Source of the DNA: Bacteroidales bacterium
Lineage (GTDB): Bacteria; Bacteroidota; Bacteroidia; Bacteroidales; JAADGE01
Length of the DNA: 35,455 bases
Assembly (NCBI GenBank): GCA_029932445.1
Contig: JAOZQB010000001.1
Coordinates: 1 to 35,455 of the forward strand
Direction: 5' to 3'
Below, in pieces: positions 8,351 through 18,292 of this stretch. The position numbers were made by a program, and so were the translations under genes. The notes under the pieces were generated by a model, which was not told where the DNA came from, searched no databases, and saw only the letters and a list, made by a program, of their open reading frames with translations. Positions within the stretch are counted from its first letter, which is position 1. The number at the start of each line of letters is the position of its first letter.

Positions 8351-11221
8351 ATGGCAGAAGTTAAAAAAAGCAAAAGACTCGCACAAATTGCCGGAGAACT
8401 TAATGTGGGAATTCCGCATCTGATTGAACATCTTCAAAGCAAAGGTATTGAAGTAGATGCAAGACCTAATGCAAAAGTTTCTCCGGAAGGATATGAACTG
8501 CTTTTAGAAAAATTCAGCTCTGACAAGAAAGTTAAAGAAGAATCTGAAAAGATTATTCAACTTAAGCGTGAATCGGAAATTGACGAAATAAATGAAGTTC
8601 AAGAAAGCCCTGAAGAAACTGTTAAGGAAACTTTGAATGAGGAATCTGCCGAAATAGAAACTCGGAATAAAAGAGATCTTTCAGTTGATAAAACTAAGGA
8701 TATTGAAATCGATACAGAAGTACAAGTTGAAGATGTAAAAGCTGAATCGAAAAAGGCGGAAGAAGAAGTTGTTGAAAAAGAAGATTCTTTAAAAGAAGAA
8801 ATTAAAACTGAAACTAAAGAAAAAGAAGATCCTTCCAAACCCAAAATAGTCGGTAAAATTGATTTAAATTCAATTAATACAAAGACTAAACCTGATTCGA
8901 AATCAAGAAAAGAGAAAGAAGAAGAAAAGAAAAAGCGCAAAAAAGCTTCTGAAGAGGCCGTTTTAAAAGCTAAAGAGGAAAGAGAAAAAGAAGAACTGAG
9001 AAAAGCGACGGAAGCGAAACAAAAACTTGAAGAAGAAAAACAAGCCGAAATTGACAAGAAAAAGGAAGAAGCCGAGAAAAATTTTATTAAAACGGAATTT
9101 AAAGAACTTCAAAAACCAAAAATCATCGGTAAAATTGAAATAAAAGAAGAACCGAAACCTCAAAAAAATAAGAATAAACCCGGAGCAGATTCCGCTAATA
9201 AAAAACGAAAACGAAAACGAACCAGAATCAGAAAACCGGTTGCCACAAATAAAGTCGTTCCCGGAACAGTAAAAAAGAAAGCTCATCCGAATGCTAAAAA
9301 GTTTAAAAAACGACCTGTAGTAAATGAAGAAGATGTTCAAAAGCAAGTTCGTGAAACACTTGCAAAACTGACTAATAAGACTAAGAAAACTGCGGTTACT
9401 CACAGAAAACAGAAACGGGAAGAAAAACAACTGCAGATTCAAGAACAACTTGAACAACAGGAAAAAGAAAAATTAATTCTTAAAGTCACAGAATTTATTT
9501 CTGCAAATGAGCTTGCTAAGTTGATGAATATCAATGTAAATGAAGTTATTTCCACTAGTTTTGATTTGGGAAAGATGGTTACTATTAATTCTCGACTCGA
9601 TGCAGAATTAATTGCAATTATTGCTGAAGAATACGGCTTTGAGATTCAATTTATATCTGTTACCGAAACAGATATAGTGGAAGAAATTGTTGATAAGGAA
9701 GAAGATTTATTGTCTCGTTCGCCTATTGTTACCGTTATGGGACATGTTGATCACGGGAAAACATCTTTACTTGATTATATCAGAGATGCAAATGTTATAG
9801 CCGGTGAAGCCGGCGGTATAACACAACATATCGGAGCTTACAGTGTAGAGTTAAAAGATGAAAAAAGAGTCACTTTTTTAGATACTCCCGGGCATGAAGC
9901 TTTTACGGCAATGCGTGCCAGAGGTGCAAAAGTAACGGATATAGCAATTATCATTATTGCTGCTGATGATAATATTATGCCTCAAACCGAAGAGGCAATC
10001 AGTCATGCTAAAGCTGCTGAAGTTCCCATTATTTTTGCCATTAATAAAATTGATAAACCCGGAGCCGATCCCGAAAGAATTAAACAGGAATTAGCAGAAC
10101 GTAATATGCTTATTGAATCCTGGGGCGGAAAATATCAATCAGCTGATATTTCTGCTAAAAAAGGTGAAAATATTGAAGCTTTGATGGATGAAGTTGTTCT
10201 GGCAGCTGAGATGCTTGAATTGAAAGCTAATCCGAACAGACCGGCAAAAGGAACAATCATTGAAGCCGAATTGGATAAAGGAAGAGGATATTTATCAACT
10301 ATTTTGGTTTCAACCGGAACTCTTAACGTTGGTGATATTATTTTAGCAGGAGCTTATTCCGGTAAAGTAAAAGCCATGTATGACGAACGAAATAATCGTG
10401 TTAAAGAAGCCGGTCCTTCTACACCGGTACAAGTTTTAGGTTTGGACGGTGCACCTCAAGCCGGGGAGACTTTTTATGCCATGAAAAATGAAAAAGAAGC
10501 ACGAGAAATTGCAGCCAGAAATAAAAGAATTCGAAGAGAACAAACGCTCAGAACAAACAAACATATTACTCTTGATGAAATAGGAAGACGATTACAACTC
10601 GGAAACTTTCAAGAAATTAATCTTATTATTAAAGGCGATGTTATCGGTTCGGTTGAAGCTGTTGCGGATTCGCTTATTAAACTCGGAACGGATGAAATTC
10701 AAATAAACGTCATCCATCAAGGTGTCGGTCAAATTTCAGAAGCAGATGTTATGTTAGCTTCGGCTTCCGATGCAATTATTATCGGTTTCCAAGTGCGACC
10801 GGCTTTGGCTGCTAAAAAATTAGCTGAAAAAGAAGAAATAGATATTCGCTTATATTCTATTATATATCAAGCAATTGAAGAACTTAAATTGGCGATGGAA
10901 GGCATGCTTTCTCCCGAAGTTAAAGAAGAAATTACGGCTACGGTTGAAATTCGCGACATCTTTAAAATTACGAAAGTCGGTAAAGTTGCCGGATGTTTTG
11001 TCCTTGACGGAAAAATTGCTCGAGATGATAAAGTAAGATTGATTCGTGAAGGAATTGTAAAATATGACGGTGAACTCGGTTCATTGAAACGTTATAAAGA
11101 TGATGCAAAAGATGTTACGGCAGGAATGGAATGCGGATTAAATATTGAAAATTTCAATGATATTAAAGTAGGAGATATTGTTGAAGCATACCGAACAACA
11201 GAAACAGCAAGAAAACTTTAA
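8351..11221 (+). CDS. infB: Translation initiation factor IF-2
   Basis: 956 aa. Lys/Glu-rich low-complexity N-terminal region, then the GTPase core [24 protein letters not shown] and NKIDK. Confidence 0.97.
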   Translation: MAEVKKSKRLAQIAGELNVGIPHLIEHLQSKGIEVDARPNAKVSPEGYELLLEKFSSDKKVKEESEKIIQLKRESEIDEINEVQESPEETVKETLNEESAEIETRNKRDLSVDKTKDIEIDTEVQVEDVKAESKKAEEEVVEKEDSLKEEIKTETKEKEDPSKPKIVGKIDLNSINTKTKPDSKSRKEKEEEKKKRKKASEEAVLKAKEEREKEELRKATEAKQKLEEEKQAEIDKKKEEAEKNFIKTEFKELQKPKIIGKIEIKEEPKPQKNKNKPGADSANKKRKRKRTRIRKPVATNKVVPGTVKKKAHPNAKKFKKRPVVNEEDVQKQVRETLAKLTNKTKKTAVTHRKQKREEKQLQIQEQLEQQEKEKLILKVTEFISANELAKLMNINVNEVISTSFDLGKMVTINSRLDAELIAIIAEEYGFEIQFISVTETDIVEEIVDKEEDLLSRSPIVTVMGHVDHGKTSLLDYIRDANVIAGEAGGITQHIGAYSVELKDEKRVTFLDTPGHEAFTAMRARGAKVTDIAIIIIAADDNIMPQTEEAISHAKAAEVPIIFAINKIDKPGADPERIKQELAERNMLIESWGGKYQSADISAKKGENIEALMDEVVLAAEMLELKANPNRPAKGTIIEAELDKGRGYLSTILVSTGTLNVGDIILAGAYSGKVKAMYDERNNRVKEAGPSTPVQVLGLDGAPQAGETFYAMKNEKEAREIAARNKRIRREQTLRTNKHITLDEIGRRLQLGNFQEINLIIKGDVIGSVEAVADSLIKLGTDEIQINVIHQGVGQISEADVMLASASDAIIIGFQVRPALAAKKLAEKEEIDIRLYSIIYQAIEELKLAMEGMLSPEVKEEITATVEIRDIFKITKVGKVAGCFVLDGKIARDDKVRLIREGIVKYDGELGSLKRYKDDAKDVTAGMECGLNIENFNDIKVGDIVEAYRTTETARKL

Positions 11222-11242
11222 TAAAGATTTTCTAAAAACTTT

Positions 11243-11274
11243 AATGCTCTGTATCTTTGCAGAGCATTTTTTTT
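11243..11274 (+). terminator. Intrinsic terminator of the nusA-infB operon
   Basis: AATGCTCTG (11243-11251) / CAGAGCATT (11260-11268) with an 8-nt loop, followed by a T-run. Begins 22 nt after the infB stop. Confidence 0.75.
11252..11259 (+). promoter_or_regulatory. -7 promoter box TATCTTTG for hisS, located in the loop of the infB terminator
   Basis: Perfect TAnnTTTG, 36 nt upstream of the hisS ATG. Confidence 0.4.
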
Positions 11275-11294
11275 GAAATTCAGAAAACAGAACT

Positions 11295-12656
11295 ATGGCA
11301 AATGTACCCGGAATACCTAAAGGAACAAGAGATTTTTCACCCGAAATTTTAGCAAAAAGAAACTATATTTTTGATACGATTAAAGCTGTTTTTAAAAAAT
11401 TTGCTTATAAACAATTAGAAACTCCGGCAATGGAAAATTTATCGGTACTAACCGGGAAATATGGTGAAGAAGGTGATAAATTATTGTTTAAAATTCTTAA
11501 TTCGGGAAATTTTCTTAAAAAAGTGAGTGATTCGGAGTTGCATGAAAGAAATACGGCAAAAATGGCACACCTGGTTTCGGAAAAAGGTTTACGTTATGAT
11601 TTAACCGTTCCTTTTGCACGTTACGTTGTACAGCATAAAAATGAAATTACGTTTCCGTTTAAGCGCTTTCAAATTCAACCCGTATGGCGAGCTGACAGAC
11701 CGCAAAAAGGCAGATACAGAGAGTTTTATCAATGCGATGCCGATATTATCGGTAGTAATTCCCTAATCAATGAATTGGAAATTGTTCAAATGATTGATGA
11801 GGTTTTTACCAAATTGAATTTGAAGGTTACCATTAAAATTAACAATCGTAAATTGCTTGCAGGAATTGCCGAACGTATCGGACATCCCGACAAATTAATT
11901 AATTTGACTGTTGCAATTGACAAATTAGATAAAATCGGACATGAAAAAGTTTATGATGAACTCAGGCAATCCGGTTTTTCGGAAGACGGAATTAAATTGC
12001 TTGAACCGATTCTTAATTTCGGCGGAAGTTTTAATGACCAAATGCAGTGTATTGAAAAATTTCTCGGTGAAACCGACACGGGTGTTACGGGAATTGATGA
12101 AATTCAAAAGCTTTTTGCTTATATCGATTTATTTAAATTCAATAATAACATTCAATTAGATTTAACTTTGGCAAGAGGTCTGAATTATTACACGGGCGCC
12201 ATTTTTGAAGTTGTTTCGGATGAAGTACATATAGGAAGTATCTGCGGAGGAGGAAGATACGATGATCTAACAGGAGTTTTCGGTCTTGAGAATGTCTCCG
12301 GAGTCGGTATTTCTTTCGGAGCAGACAGAATTTATGATGTTTTGGAAAATTTGAATCGATTTCCGGAAGGCGTTAAAACAAATGTAAAATTAATGTTTGT
12401 AAATTTTGGAGCGAAAGAAGAAAAATATTGCTTACAAGTTTTGAAAAATTTAAGAGATTCCGGAATTTCTGCTGAAATTTATCCTGAAAGCAGTAAAATG
12501 AAAAAGCAAATGAAATATGCAAACAGCAACAATATTCCTTTTGTAGCAATAGCCGGTGAAGATGAAATTAAAAAAAATAAATTTACACTAAAAAACATGC
12601 AAACCGGTGATCAACAATTAGTAACAGAAGAAGAAATGATTATTCTTTTGTCTTAA
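11295..12656 (+). CDS. hisS: Histidine--tRNA ligase
   Basis: 453 aa. Class-II motifs [43 protein letters not shown] and GGGRYDDL...[11 protein letters not shown]. Confidence 0.95.
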   Translation: MANVPGIPKGTRDFSPEILAKRNYIFDTIKAVFKKFAYKQLETPAMENLSVLTGKYGEEGDKLLFKILNSGNFLKKVSDSELHERNTAKMAHLVSEKGLRYDLTVPFARYVVQHKNEITFPFKRFQIQPVWRADRPQKGRYREFYQCDADIIGSNSLINELEIVQMIDEVFTKLNLKVTIKINNRKLLAGIAERIGHPDKLINLTVAIDKLDKIGHEKVYDELRQSGFSEDGIKLLEPILNFGGSFNDQMQCIEKFLGETDTGVTGIDEIQKLFAYIDLFKFNNNIQLDLTLARGLNYYTGAIFEVVSDEVHIGSICGGGRYDDLTGVFGLENVSGVGISFGADRIYDVLENLNRFPEGVKTNVKLMFVNFGAKEEKYCLQVLKNLRDSGISAEIYPESSKMKKQMKYANSNNIPFVAIAGEDEIKKNKFTLKNMQTGDQQLVTEEEMIILLS

Positions 12657-12672
12657 CCAAGTGTTGAGATAT

Positions 12673-12710
12673 AAAAATCCCTAACAAGTTACGACATGTT
12701 CGGGATTTTT
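12673..12710. terminator. Hairpin between convergent hisS and the coiled-coil protein gene
   Basis: AAAAATCCC (12673-12681) / GGGATTTTT (12702-12710). A-run and T-run arms give bidirectional terminator geometry. Confidence 0.55.
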
Positions 12711-12729
12711 TATGATATTTTAAAAATAA

Positions 12730-13608
12730 TTATTTTAAACTAAAGTTTGATTCTCCGATTTGACTGCCGTCCATAAAGATATCGACATCATATTTTCCGG
12801 GAACTAATTCAGTATCAGTTATATAAAAAGTACAAGCATCTGTTTTTTTACCGTTGTAAGTAACTTCTCTTTTAGCTGAATAAGCAATTTCTCTTCCGTG
12901 AAAATTAAACATTCCGGATTCGGAATTCATTAAAATAATACCGTCGGGAGCTGCAACACGGATGTATGCAAATCGTGACCCTTTCTGAGCTAATACATTA
13001 TCATCAATCGTAAAACAGATTTTTACTTTTTTGAATTTTCTGGCACGTGAAGTAGAATTATCTCTTTCATTCAGTGATAAAATTGAAATGTTTTCTGCCT
13101 TTAATTCTTTTGCAATCATAACTTGTGCAGACAAGCTGTCTTTTAAATAGGTCAAAGTTTCGGTTTGCGCAATAACATGATTATAATTTTCCGTGATTTG
13201 AGTATTCTCCTTATGCAATTTTTTATTTTCGGTATTCAATGCATCAATTTGTTTAACGAAATCTTTCATAATTGTTTTTAAAGTTTCCGTTTCATCTTGT
13301 AATTGTTTAATTTTCGTTCTGTCAGCACTTTTAACATATTTCAGCTTTTGAAGTGTTTCGGCAATTTTTTCTTTTTGCACTTCCAGTTTTTCATTTAATA
13401 CTTTGTTATTGGTTTTTAAATTATCGTATTGTTTTGACATTGAAGTTAATTCTTCTTTAATAACAGCTTTGTCACTTTTTACCTGAACCAATTCATGACT
13501 GATTTCTTTGTTTACTTTCTTTTGCTGAAACTTATCAAAGAGTAACCAACCTACAAGCAAGGTTTCAAGAATAACAACTACGATTAATGTTTTTGATGTA
13601 GAATTCAT
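12730..13608 (-). CDS. Membrane-anchored coiled-coil protein of unknown function
   Basis: 292 aa. N-terminal TM (TLIVVVILETLLVGWLLF), about 150 aa of heptad-like K/E/Q-rich sequence, then a beta-rich C-terminal domain. No motif I recognise. Confidence 0.6.
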   Translation of the reverse strand: MNSTSKTLIVVVILETLLVGWLLFDKFQQKKVNKEISHELVQVKSDKAVIKEELTSMSKQYDNLKTNNKVLNEKLEVQKEKIAETLQKLKYVKSADRTKIKQLQDETETLKTIMKDFVKQIDALNTENKKLHKENTQITENYNHVIAQTETLTYLKDSLSAQVMIAKELKAENISILSLNERDNSTSRARKFKKVKICFTIDDNVLAQKGSRFAYIRVAAPDGIILMNSESGMFNFHGREIAYSAKREVTYNGKKTDACTFYITDTELVPGKYDVDIFMDGSQIGESNFSLK

Positions 13609-13682
13609 ATGGATTAATTTAAGAAAATTTGTAAAAAGAATATTTAAAAATACTCAATAGTAATTATTTATTATCAATTAAA

Positions 13683-14396
13683 TTATTTCAGTTGTCTTAA
13701 ATACATTTGTATTGTATTGTGCAAACCGTAATATAAGGCATCGCTGATTAATGCATGTCCGATTGAAACCTCCTTTAATCCGATTACCCGGTCATTAAAG
13801 AACTTTAAATTTTCCGAGTCTAAATCATGTCCGGCATTTAATTCCAATCCGTTTTTTACGGCAATATCACCGGCTTTTGTAAAAGGGTCTACTGCTTTCT
13901 CTTTATTAATATGAAAATTTGCCGCATAAGGTTCGGTATAAAGTTCTACTCGGTTTGTACCTGTTAATGCTGCATGTTCAATCATTTTTGTATCCGGTTC
14001 AATGAAAATTGAAGTTCTGATACCTGCATTTTTAAATTCAGAAATAATTTCTGTTAAAAAACCCTTATTTTTTACCGTATCCCATCCGGCATTTGATGTT
14101 AAAACATCGGGTGAATCAGGAACCAAAGTAACCTGAGCAGGTTTTATTTCCAAAACTAAATCGATAAAACGTTTATTCGGATTGCCTTCAATATTAAATT
14201 CTGTTGTAACAACATCTTTTAATTTATACACATCATCATACCGAATATGTCGCTCATCAGGCCGCGGATGTACCGTTATACCTTGCGCACCGAAATTTTG
14301 ACAATCAACGGCTGCCTTAATAACATCCGGATTATTTCCGCCTCGAGCATTTCTGATAGTGGCAATTTTATTAATATTTACACTTAAACGTGTCAT
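13683..14396 (-). CDS. pdxJ: Pyridoxine 5'-phosphate synthase
   Basis: 237 aa. [39 protein letters not shown] and LNAGHDL...EVSIGHALI are canonical PdxJ segments. Confidence 0.93.
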   Translation of the reverse strand: MTRLSVNINKIATIRNARGGNNPDVIKAAVDCQNFGAQGITVHPRPDERHIRYDDVYKLKDVVTTEFNIEGNPNKRFIDLVLEIKPAQVTLVPDSPDVLTSNAGWDTVKNKGFLTEIISEFKNAGIRTSIFIEPDTKMIEHAALTGTNRVELYTEPYAANFHINKEKAVDPFTKAGDIAVKNGLELNAGHDLDSENLKFFNDRVIGLKEVSIGHALISDALYYGLHNTIQMYLRQLK

Positions 14397-14448
14397 TTTC
14401 TTTTGTTCTGAAATAATTAAATAATAATTTTGATGTTTATATAAATGA

Positions 14449-14456
14449 CAAAAGTA
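14449..14456 (-). promoter_or_regulatory. -7 promoter box (TACTTTTG on minus strand) for pdxJ
   Basis: Plus-strand CAAAAGTA, 53 nt upstream of the pdxJ ATG. Confidence 0.35.
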
Positions 14457-14464
14457 TAAATTTG
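14457..14464 (+). promoter_or_regulatory. -7 promoter box TAAATTTG for the CBS-domain gene
   Basis: Perfect TAnnTTTG, 48 nt upstream of the ATG at 14512. It directly abuts the divergent pdxJ box. Confidence 0.35.
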
Positions 14465-14511
14465 ATTTATATTTATTCTAAAAGTTTCATTTTTATGCAG
14501 ATAAATTTTTT

Positions 14512-15180
14512 ATGCAGGCAAAAGAATTAATATCAGATATATTCCCGGCTGTTAACATCAATGATAAAGGTGAAAAAGCCCTTGTGAGAATGGATTTTTT
14601 TAAAATCTCTCATATTCCCTTAACGGATTCGGACGGAAATTATTTCGGATTGATATCCGAAAATGAAATTTATGATTTTGATTTGATTGAAAAACCGTTT
14701 TCGACCTATAAAAATGTCCTTGCCCGGCCTTTTGTTTTGTGTAAAGAACATATATATTCGGTAATTAATCTTTTTACTAAATTAAATATTTCTGTTGTTC
14801 CCGTTTTGAATGACAGAGAAAAATATATCGGTGCAATTTGTTTTCATGATTTAGTAAAATATTTCGGAAGATTAACGGCTTCGGAAAATCCCGGAACTAT
14901 TTTTATATTAGAATTGGATTCTCATAATTATTCGCTTTCGCAAATTGCACAAATCATTGAAAGTAACGGAGCAAAAGTGTTGAGTTTGTATGCAAATTCG
15001 GTTAAAGATTCTACACAATTAGAAATAACCGTAAAATTAAATGTAACAGATTTTACAGCCGTAAAAAAAACCTTTGAACGTTATGATTATAAAATTAAAG
15101 CAGCATATAATGAGGATGATAAAATAAATGAACTTCTCGAAGAACGTTATAACGAGTTTATGAATTATTTGAATATTTGA
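14512..15180 (+). CDS. CBS-domain pair protein with C-terminal ACT-like region
   Basis: 222 aa. Two CBS-like beta-alpha-beta-beta-alpha units (HIPLTDSDGNYFGLISENEI; VVPVLNDREKYIGAICFHDLVK). Confidence 0.55.
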   Translation: MQAKELISDIFPAVNINDKGEKALVRMDFFKISHIPLTDSDGNYFGLISENEIYDFDLIEKPFSTYKNVLARPFVLCKEHIYSVINLFTKLNISVVPVLNDREKYIGAICFHDLVKYFGRLTASENPGTIFILELDSHNYSLSQIAQIIESNGAKVLSLYANSVKDSTQLEITVKLNVTDFTAVKKTFERYDYKIKAAYNEDDKINELLEERYNEFMNYLNI

Positions 15181-15239
15181 GAGGAAAAAGTTAAAAGTAA
15201 AAAGTTGAAAGTTTTTAAAGTATAAAGCTTATTTGATCG

Positions 15240-16871
15240 ATGGGGAATAAAATATCTTCCGTAAATATAAACTTGTTAATTGCTCTGTTCGGAGCACTGG
15301 TTTTTATTCCGTTTCTCGGCAATGTGCATTTATTTGATTGGGATGAAATTAATTTTGCAGAATCGGCACGCGAAATGATTGTTACCGGCGATTATTTAAA
15401 TGTCAGAATTGATTTTAAATTGTTTTGGGAAAAACCGCCTCTTTTTATCTGGATGCAGGTTTTATCAATGAAAATTTTCGGTATTAACGAATTTGCCGCA
15501 CGTTTTCCGAATGCAATTGCAGGAATTACGACTTTGCTTGTTCTTTTTAATATCGGAAAAAAACATTTCAGCGAAAAATTCGGTTTGCTTTGGGTATTTG
15601 CTTATGCCGGTTCTGTTTTACCGCATTTTTATTTTAAATCGGGAATTATTGATCCGTGGTTTAATTTATTTATATTCTTCGGTATCTATTTCTTTATCAG
15701 ATATTTATCAGAAGATAAAAATCGAATAAGATTTATTATTTTTTCTGCTGCTGCAATCGGACTCGGAACTTTAACCAAAGGTCCCGTAGCTTTATTATTG
15801 TTTTTATTGACGGGTTTTGTGTATTTGCTTTTACATAAATTTAAAATGCGTATTACCTTTAAAGATATTCTCATATATGTTGCGATTTTTTCTTTTGTCG
15901 GCGGATTTTGGTTTTTTCTTCAAATTATGAACGGTAATTTTACGATTATTCAAGATTTTATTAAATATCAGATTGAACTTTTCGGAAGCAATGTTGCCGG
16001 GCATCAGGAACCGTTTTATTATCATTTTATTGTGTTGTTTTTCGGGGTTTTTCCGGCTTCAATTTTTGCTCTTAAATCGTTCAGAAAGGATAAATCGGGA
16101 AACGAAGAACAAAATCTGTTTAAAGAATGGATGATGATTCTATTTTGGGTAGTATTGATTTTATTCAGCATCGTTAAAACCAAAATTGTTCATTATTCTT
16201 CAATGGCCTATTTTCCGCTCACTTTTTTGGCTGCTTACAGCATTTATAAAACCGAAGAAGGCGTTTTTAAAAAATCAAAAGTTATTTCCGGGATACTAAT
16301 TTTTCTTGCATTTTTTTATGCTTTTGCAATTTTTGCTTTTCAATACATAGGCAAAAATCACGAAAAAATTATTCATTCCGGTATTATTAAAGATGCTTTT
16401 GCAAATGCCAATTTGCAAGCGATAACTTCTTTTACCGGCTTTGAATTTTTGCTTGGTGTGTTTCTGCTTGCGGGAGTTATTTTTGCTTTGTATAATACAA
16501 AAAAGCTTTATTTAAAAGCGATGTTCGGTTTGTTTGCCGTCACTATTGTTTTTACCAATCTCACACAAAGCATAATTGTTCCGCAAATTGAAAAAATATC
16601 ACAAAAAGCAGCCGTTGATTTCTTTACTGAACATCAAAATGAAGACGCTTATTTCAGAACATACGGAATGAAAAGTTATGCTCCGTATTTTTATGCAAAA
16701 AAAATGCAAACTGACAATATTTCTCAAACACAAATGCTGACCGGTAAAATCTCAAAACCGGTATATGTAATGTGTCGCATTACAAAAAAAGATGAATTTG
16801 AAAGAAAATACCCTGATTTTAACGTTGTGCAAAATAAAAACGGGTATGTTTTTCTTGAAAGAAAACCCTAA
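15240..16871 (+). CDS. Glycosyltransferase family 39 (ArnT/PMT-like) integral membrane protein
   Basis: 543 aa, polytopic. The first periplasmic loop LFDWDEINFAESAREM (DE motif) and KPPLFIWMQ are characteristic of GT-C/GT39 enzymes. Confidence 0.7.
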   Translation: MGNKISSVNINLLIALFGALVFIPFLGNVHLFDWDEINFAESAREMIVTGDYLNVRIDFKLFWEKPPLFIWMQVLSMKIFGINEFAARFPNAIAGITTLLVLFNIGKKHFSEKFGLLWVFAYAGSVLPHFYFKSGIIDPWFNLFIFFGIYFFIRYLSEDKNRIRFIIFSAAAIGLGTLTKGPVALLLFLLTGFVYLLLHKFKMRITFKDILIYVAIFSFVGGFWFFLQIMNGNFTIIQDFIKYQIELFGSNVAGHQEPFYYHFIVLFFGVFPASIFALKSFRKDKSGNEEQNLFKEWMMILFWVVLILFSIVKTKIVHYSSMAYFPLTFLAAYSIYKTEEGVFKKSKVISGILIFLAFFYAFAIFAFQYIGKNHEKIIHSGIIKDAFANANLQAITSFTGFEFLLGVFLLAGVIFALYNTKKLYLKAMFGLFAVTIVFTNLTQSIIVPQIEKISQKAAVDFFTEHQNEDAYFRTYGMKSYAPYFYAKKMQTDNISQTQMLTGKISKPVYVMCRITKKDEFERKYPDFNVVQNKNGYVFLERKP

Positions 16872-16878
16872 CTGATAA

Positions 16879-16907
16879 CTTTTCCAAAGTTCGAAACTTT
16901 GGAAAAG
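16879..16907 (+). repeat. REP-like hairpin, left copy
   Basis: CTTTTCCAAAGTT-cga-AACTTTGGAAAAG, a perfect 13-bp stem. It begins 8 nt after the GT39 stop. Confidence 0.85.
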
Positions 16908-16951
16908 TGAAAATAATAAACTGAGATTTAAAAGATTAAACTAAAAATATA

Positions 16952-17569
16952 ATGCAAGATTATACCCCTGCTTTTGAATCTGAAAATTTTTACCACATAT
17001 ACAGTCATGCTGTAGGGAGTGATAATTTATTTAAAGAAGATTCAAATTATGATTTTTTTCTTTCGCGTTTTTCAAAATATATTAATCCGGTTGCAGATAC
17101 TTTCGCTTATTGTTTAATGCCCAATCATTTTCATTTTTTGATACGGTTGAAAAATGAAAATGAAATTAATACCGTAATGCAAACTGTAAAAAGTTCGGGA
17201 AAGAAATTAAATCATGAAAAATTTGTCAGTAAACAATTTTCAAATTTATTCAGTTCATATACACAGTCATATAATAAACAACAGAACAGGAAGGGAAATC
17301 TTTTTCAAAAACCGTTTAAACGAAAACATATCAGAAAAGATAAATATATTTTGAATTTAATAAGGTATATTCACAATAATCCTGTGCATCATAAATTTAC
17401 TGATAATTTCAGAAGTTGGAAATACAGTTCTTATACAGGTCTTTTGTCGGACAAAAAAACAAATTTAATGCGAAACGAAGTAATAGAAATATTTGACGGT
17501 AAAGATAATTTTATTTATTTTCATAATGACATATCTGAAGACGAACAGTTTGAATATTTTGAAGATTAG
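16952..17569 (+). CDS. HUH-family Y1 (IS200/IS605 TnpA- or RAYT-like) transposase
   Basis: 205 aa. HUH motif in CLMPNHFHFLIRL and the catalytic-Tyr helix LIRYIHNNPVHHKF, both typical of the Y1_Tnp (COG1943) family. Confidence 0.8.
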   Translation: MQDYTPAFESENFYHIYSHAVGSDNLFKEDSNYDFFLSRFSKYINPVADTFAYCLMPNHFHFLIRLKNENEINTVMQTVKSSGKKLNHEKFVSKQFSNLFSSYTQSYNKQQNRKGNLFQKPFKRKHIRKDKYILNLIRYIHNNPVHHKFTDNFRSWKYSSYTGLLSDKKTNLMRNEVIEIFDGKDNFIYFHNDISEDEQFEYFED

Positions 17570-17583
17570 AAAAATGAAAAAAA

Positions 17584-17612
17584 CTTTTCTAAAGTTCAAA
17601 ACTTTGGAAAAG
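17584..17612 (+). repeat. REP-like hairpin, right copy
   Basis: CTTTTCTAAAGTT-caa-AACTTTGGAAAAG, a 13-bp stem with one mismatch. Same orientation and the same TGAA tail as the left copy. Confidence 0.85.
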
Positions 17613-17673
17613 TGAATGATAACAAATAAAAACGCTTATGTGTTTTTTGTGAAGGAATCGTAAAAAAGAGGAA

Positions 17674-17704
17674 GATGCAAAGCACCTTTAAGGTGCTATG
17701 CATC
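17674..17704. repeat. 31-nt near-perfect hairpin of unknown role
   Basis: GATGCAaAGCACC-tttaa-GGTGCTaTGCATC, 12 bp with one A/A mismatch and no U-tract. It lies in the noncoding stretch between the Y1 unit and the first cassette. Confidence 0.5.
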
Positions 17705-17836
17705 TGACAGAAGAAACCGTAAAATTTCAGCGTTTATTTTTTGAAAGCGGATTAAAAATTTATACATTAGATGCCTGAAATAACATGTTGCTAAAATCGA
17801 AATAAACGTAATAGATTAGTAACCGGTGTTTATACA

Positions 17837-17855
17837 AATGTTGTAAGGCATTGCA
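17837..17855 (+). repeat. attC-like 3' (R') end, site 0: AATGTTGTAAGGCATTGCA
   Basis: 16/19 identical to 18834-18852. Its core GTTGTAA is the exact complement of TTACAAC at 18691-18697. Confidence 0.5.
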
Positions 17856-17899
17856 CCAATAAAAATTTTAGAACACTGAAAACTGATAACAGAAATCTT

Positions 17900-18292
17900 A
17901 TGAAATCTATATTATTTGTAATGTTAATTATCTCAGGTTGCTTTGGACAAAAGACTAATCCTGTGAGCAATAAAAAGGAATTATTTAATGAGTCTGTTAG
18001 TAGTATTGAATTATTTAAAAAACCTAATGGGAATTCTCTTTATTTACCTAAAATAGATTACGAAAATTTCATAAAACATTGGAATAAATCGGAAACAGCT
18101 GGTATTATTGAGTTTAAACCTGATTACTTTTTGAATGTCAATCTTACTGATGGGTCGGTCAGAAAATTTAGGGCTAACTCAAAGTATATTAAAGAAGGAA
18201 GTGATTGGTGTTACACTTTGGAAGACAGTACATTTTTCGAAGATATATTCACAATGAAAATCAAAGAAAACAGTACAAAAACACAACAATGA
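17900..18292 (+). CDS. Small lipoprotein of unknown function
   Basis: 130 aa. Signal peptide with lipobox MKSILFVMLIISGC. No recognisable domain. Confidence 0.65.
   Translation: MKSILFVMLIISGCFGQKTNPVSNKKELFNESVSSIELFKKPNGNSLYLPKIDYENFIKHWNKSETAGIIEFKPDYFLNVNLTDGSVRKFRANSKYIKEGSDWCYTLEDSTFFEDIFTMKIKENSTKTQQ

Larger units (their letters stand above)
16877..17616 (+). mobile_element. 740-bp HUH/Y1 transposase unit (IS200-like element or RAYT with flanking REP hairpins)
   Basis: A single Y1-transposase gene is bracketed by two direct copies (33/35 identical) of AACTTTTC[C/T]AAAGTTC[G/A]AAACTTTGGAAAAGTGAA. No other copy was seen in the window. Confidence 0.65.

Noticed and set aside
8599-9457. 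Two long minus-strand ORFs (152 and 164 aa) rich in S/F/L
   Set aside because: They are antisense to the Lys/Glu-rich low-complexity N-terminal region of infB. AAG/GAA-rich coding sequence automatically gives open CTT/TTC frames on the other strand, and no start context or promoter box is present.
15181-15239. AAAAGT-rich quasi-tandem stretch (GAAAAAGTTAAAAGTAAAAAGTTGAAAGTTTTT) upstream of the GT39 gene
   Set aside because: Short, degenerate low-complexity sequence. No defined unit or copy number to call a repeat.
16870-17890. 10-nt direct repeat AACTGATAAC at 16870-79 and 17881-90 as a possible target-site duplication around the Y1 unit
   Set aside because: IS200/IS605-type elements do not make target duplications. 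By my rough estimate, hundreds of 10-mer repeat pairs are expected by chance in 35 kb of AT-rich DNA, and the repeat does not abut the hairpins symmetrically.
18205-18288. Longer start for the second lipoprotein ORF (and likewise 24134-24166 for the TPR gene)
   Set aside because: Both extensions overlap the preceding gene. In each case the internal ATG is immediately followed by a signal peptide and abuts or overlaps the upstream stop.
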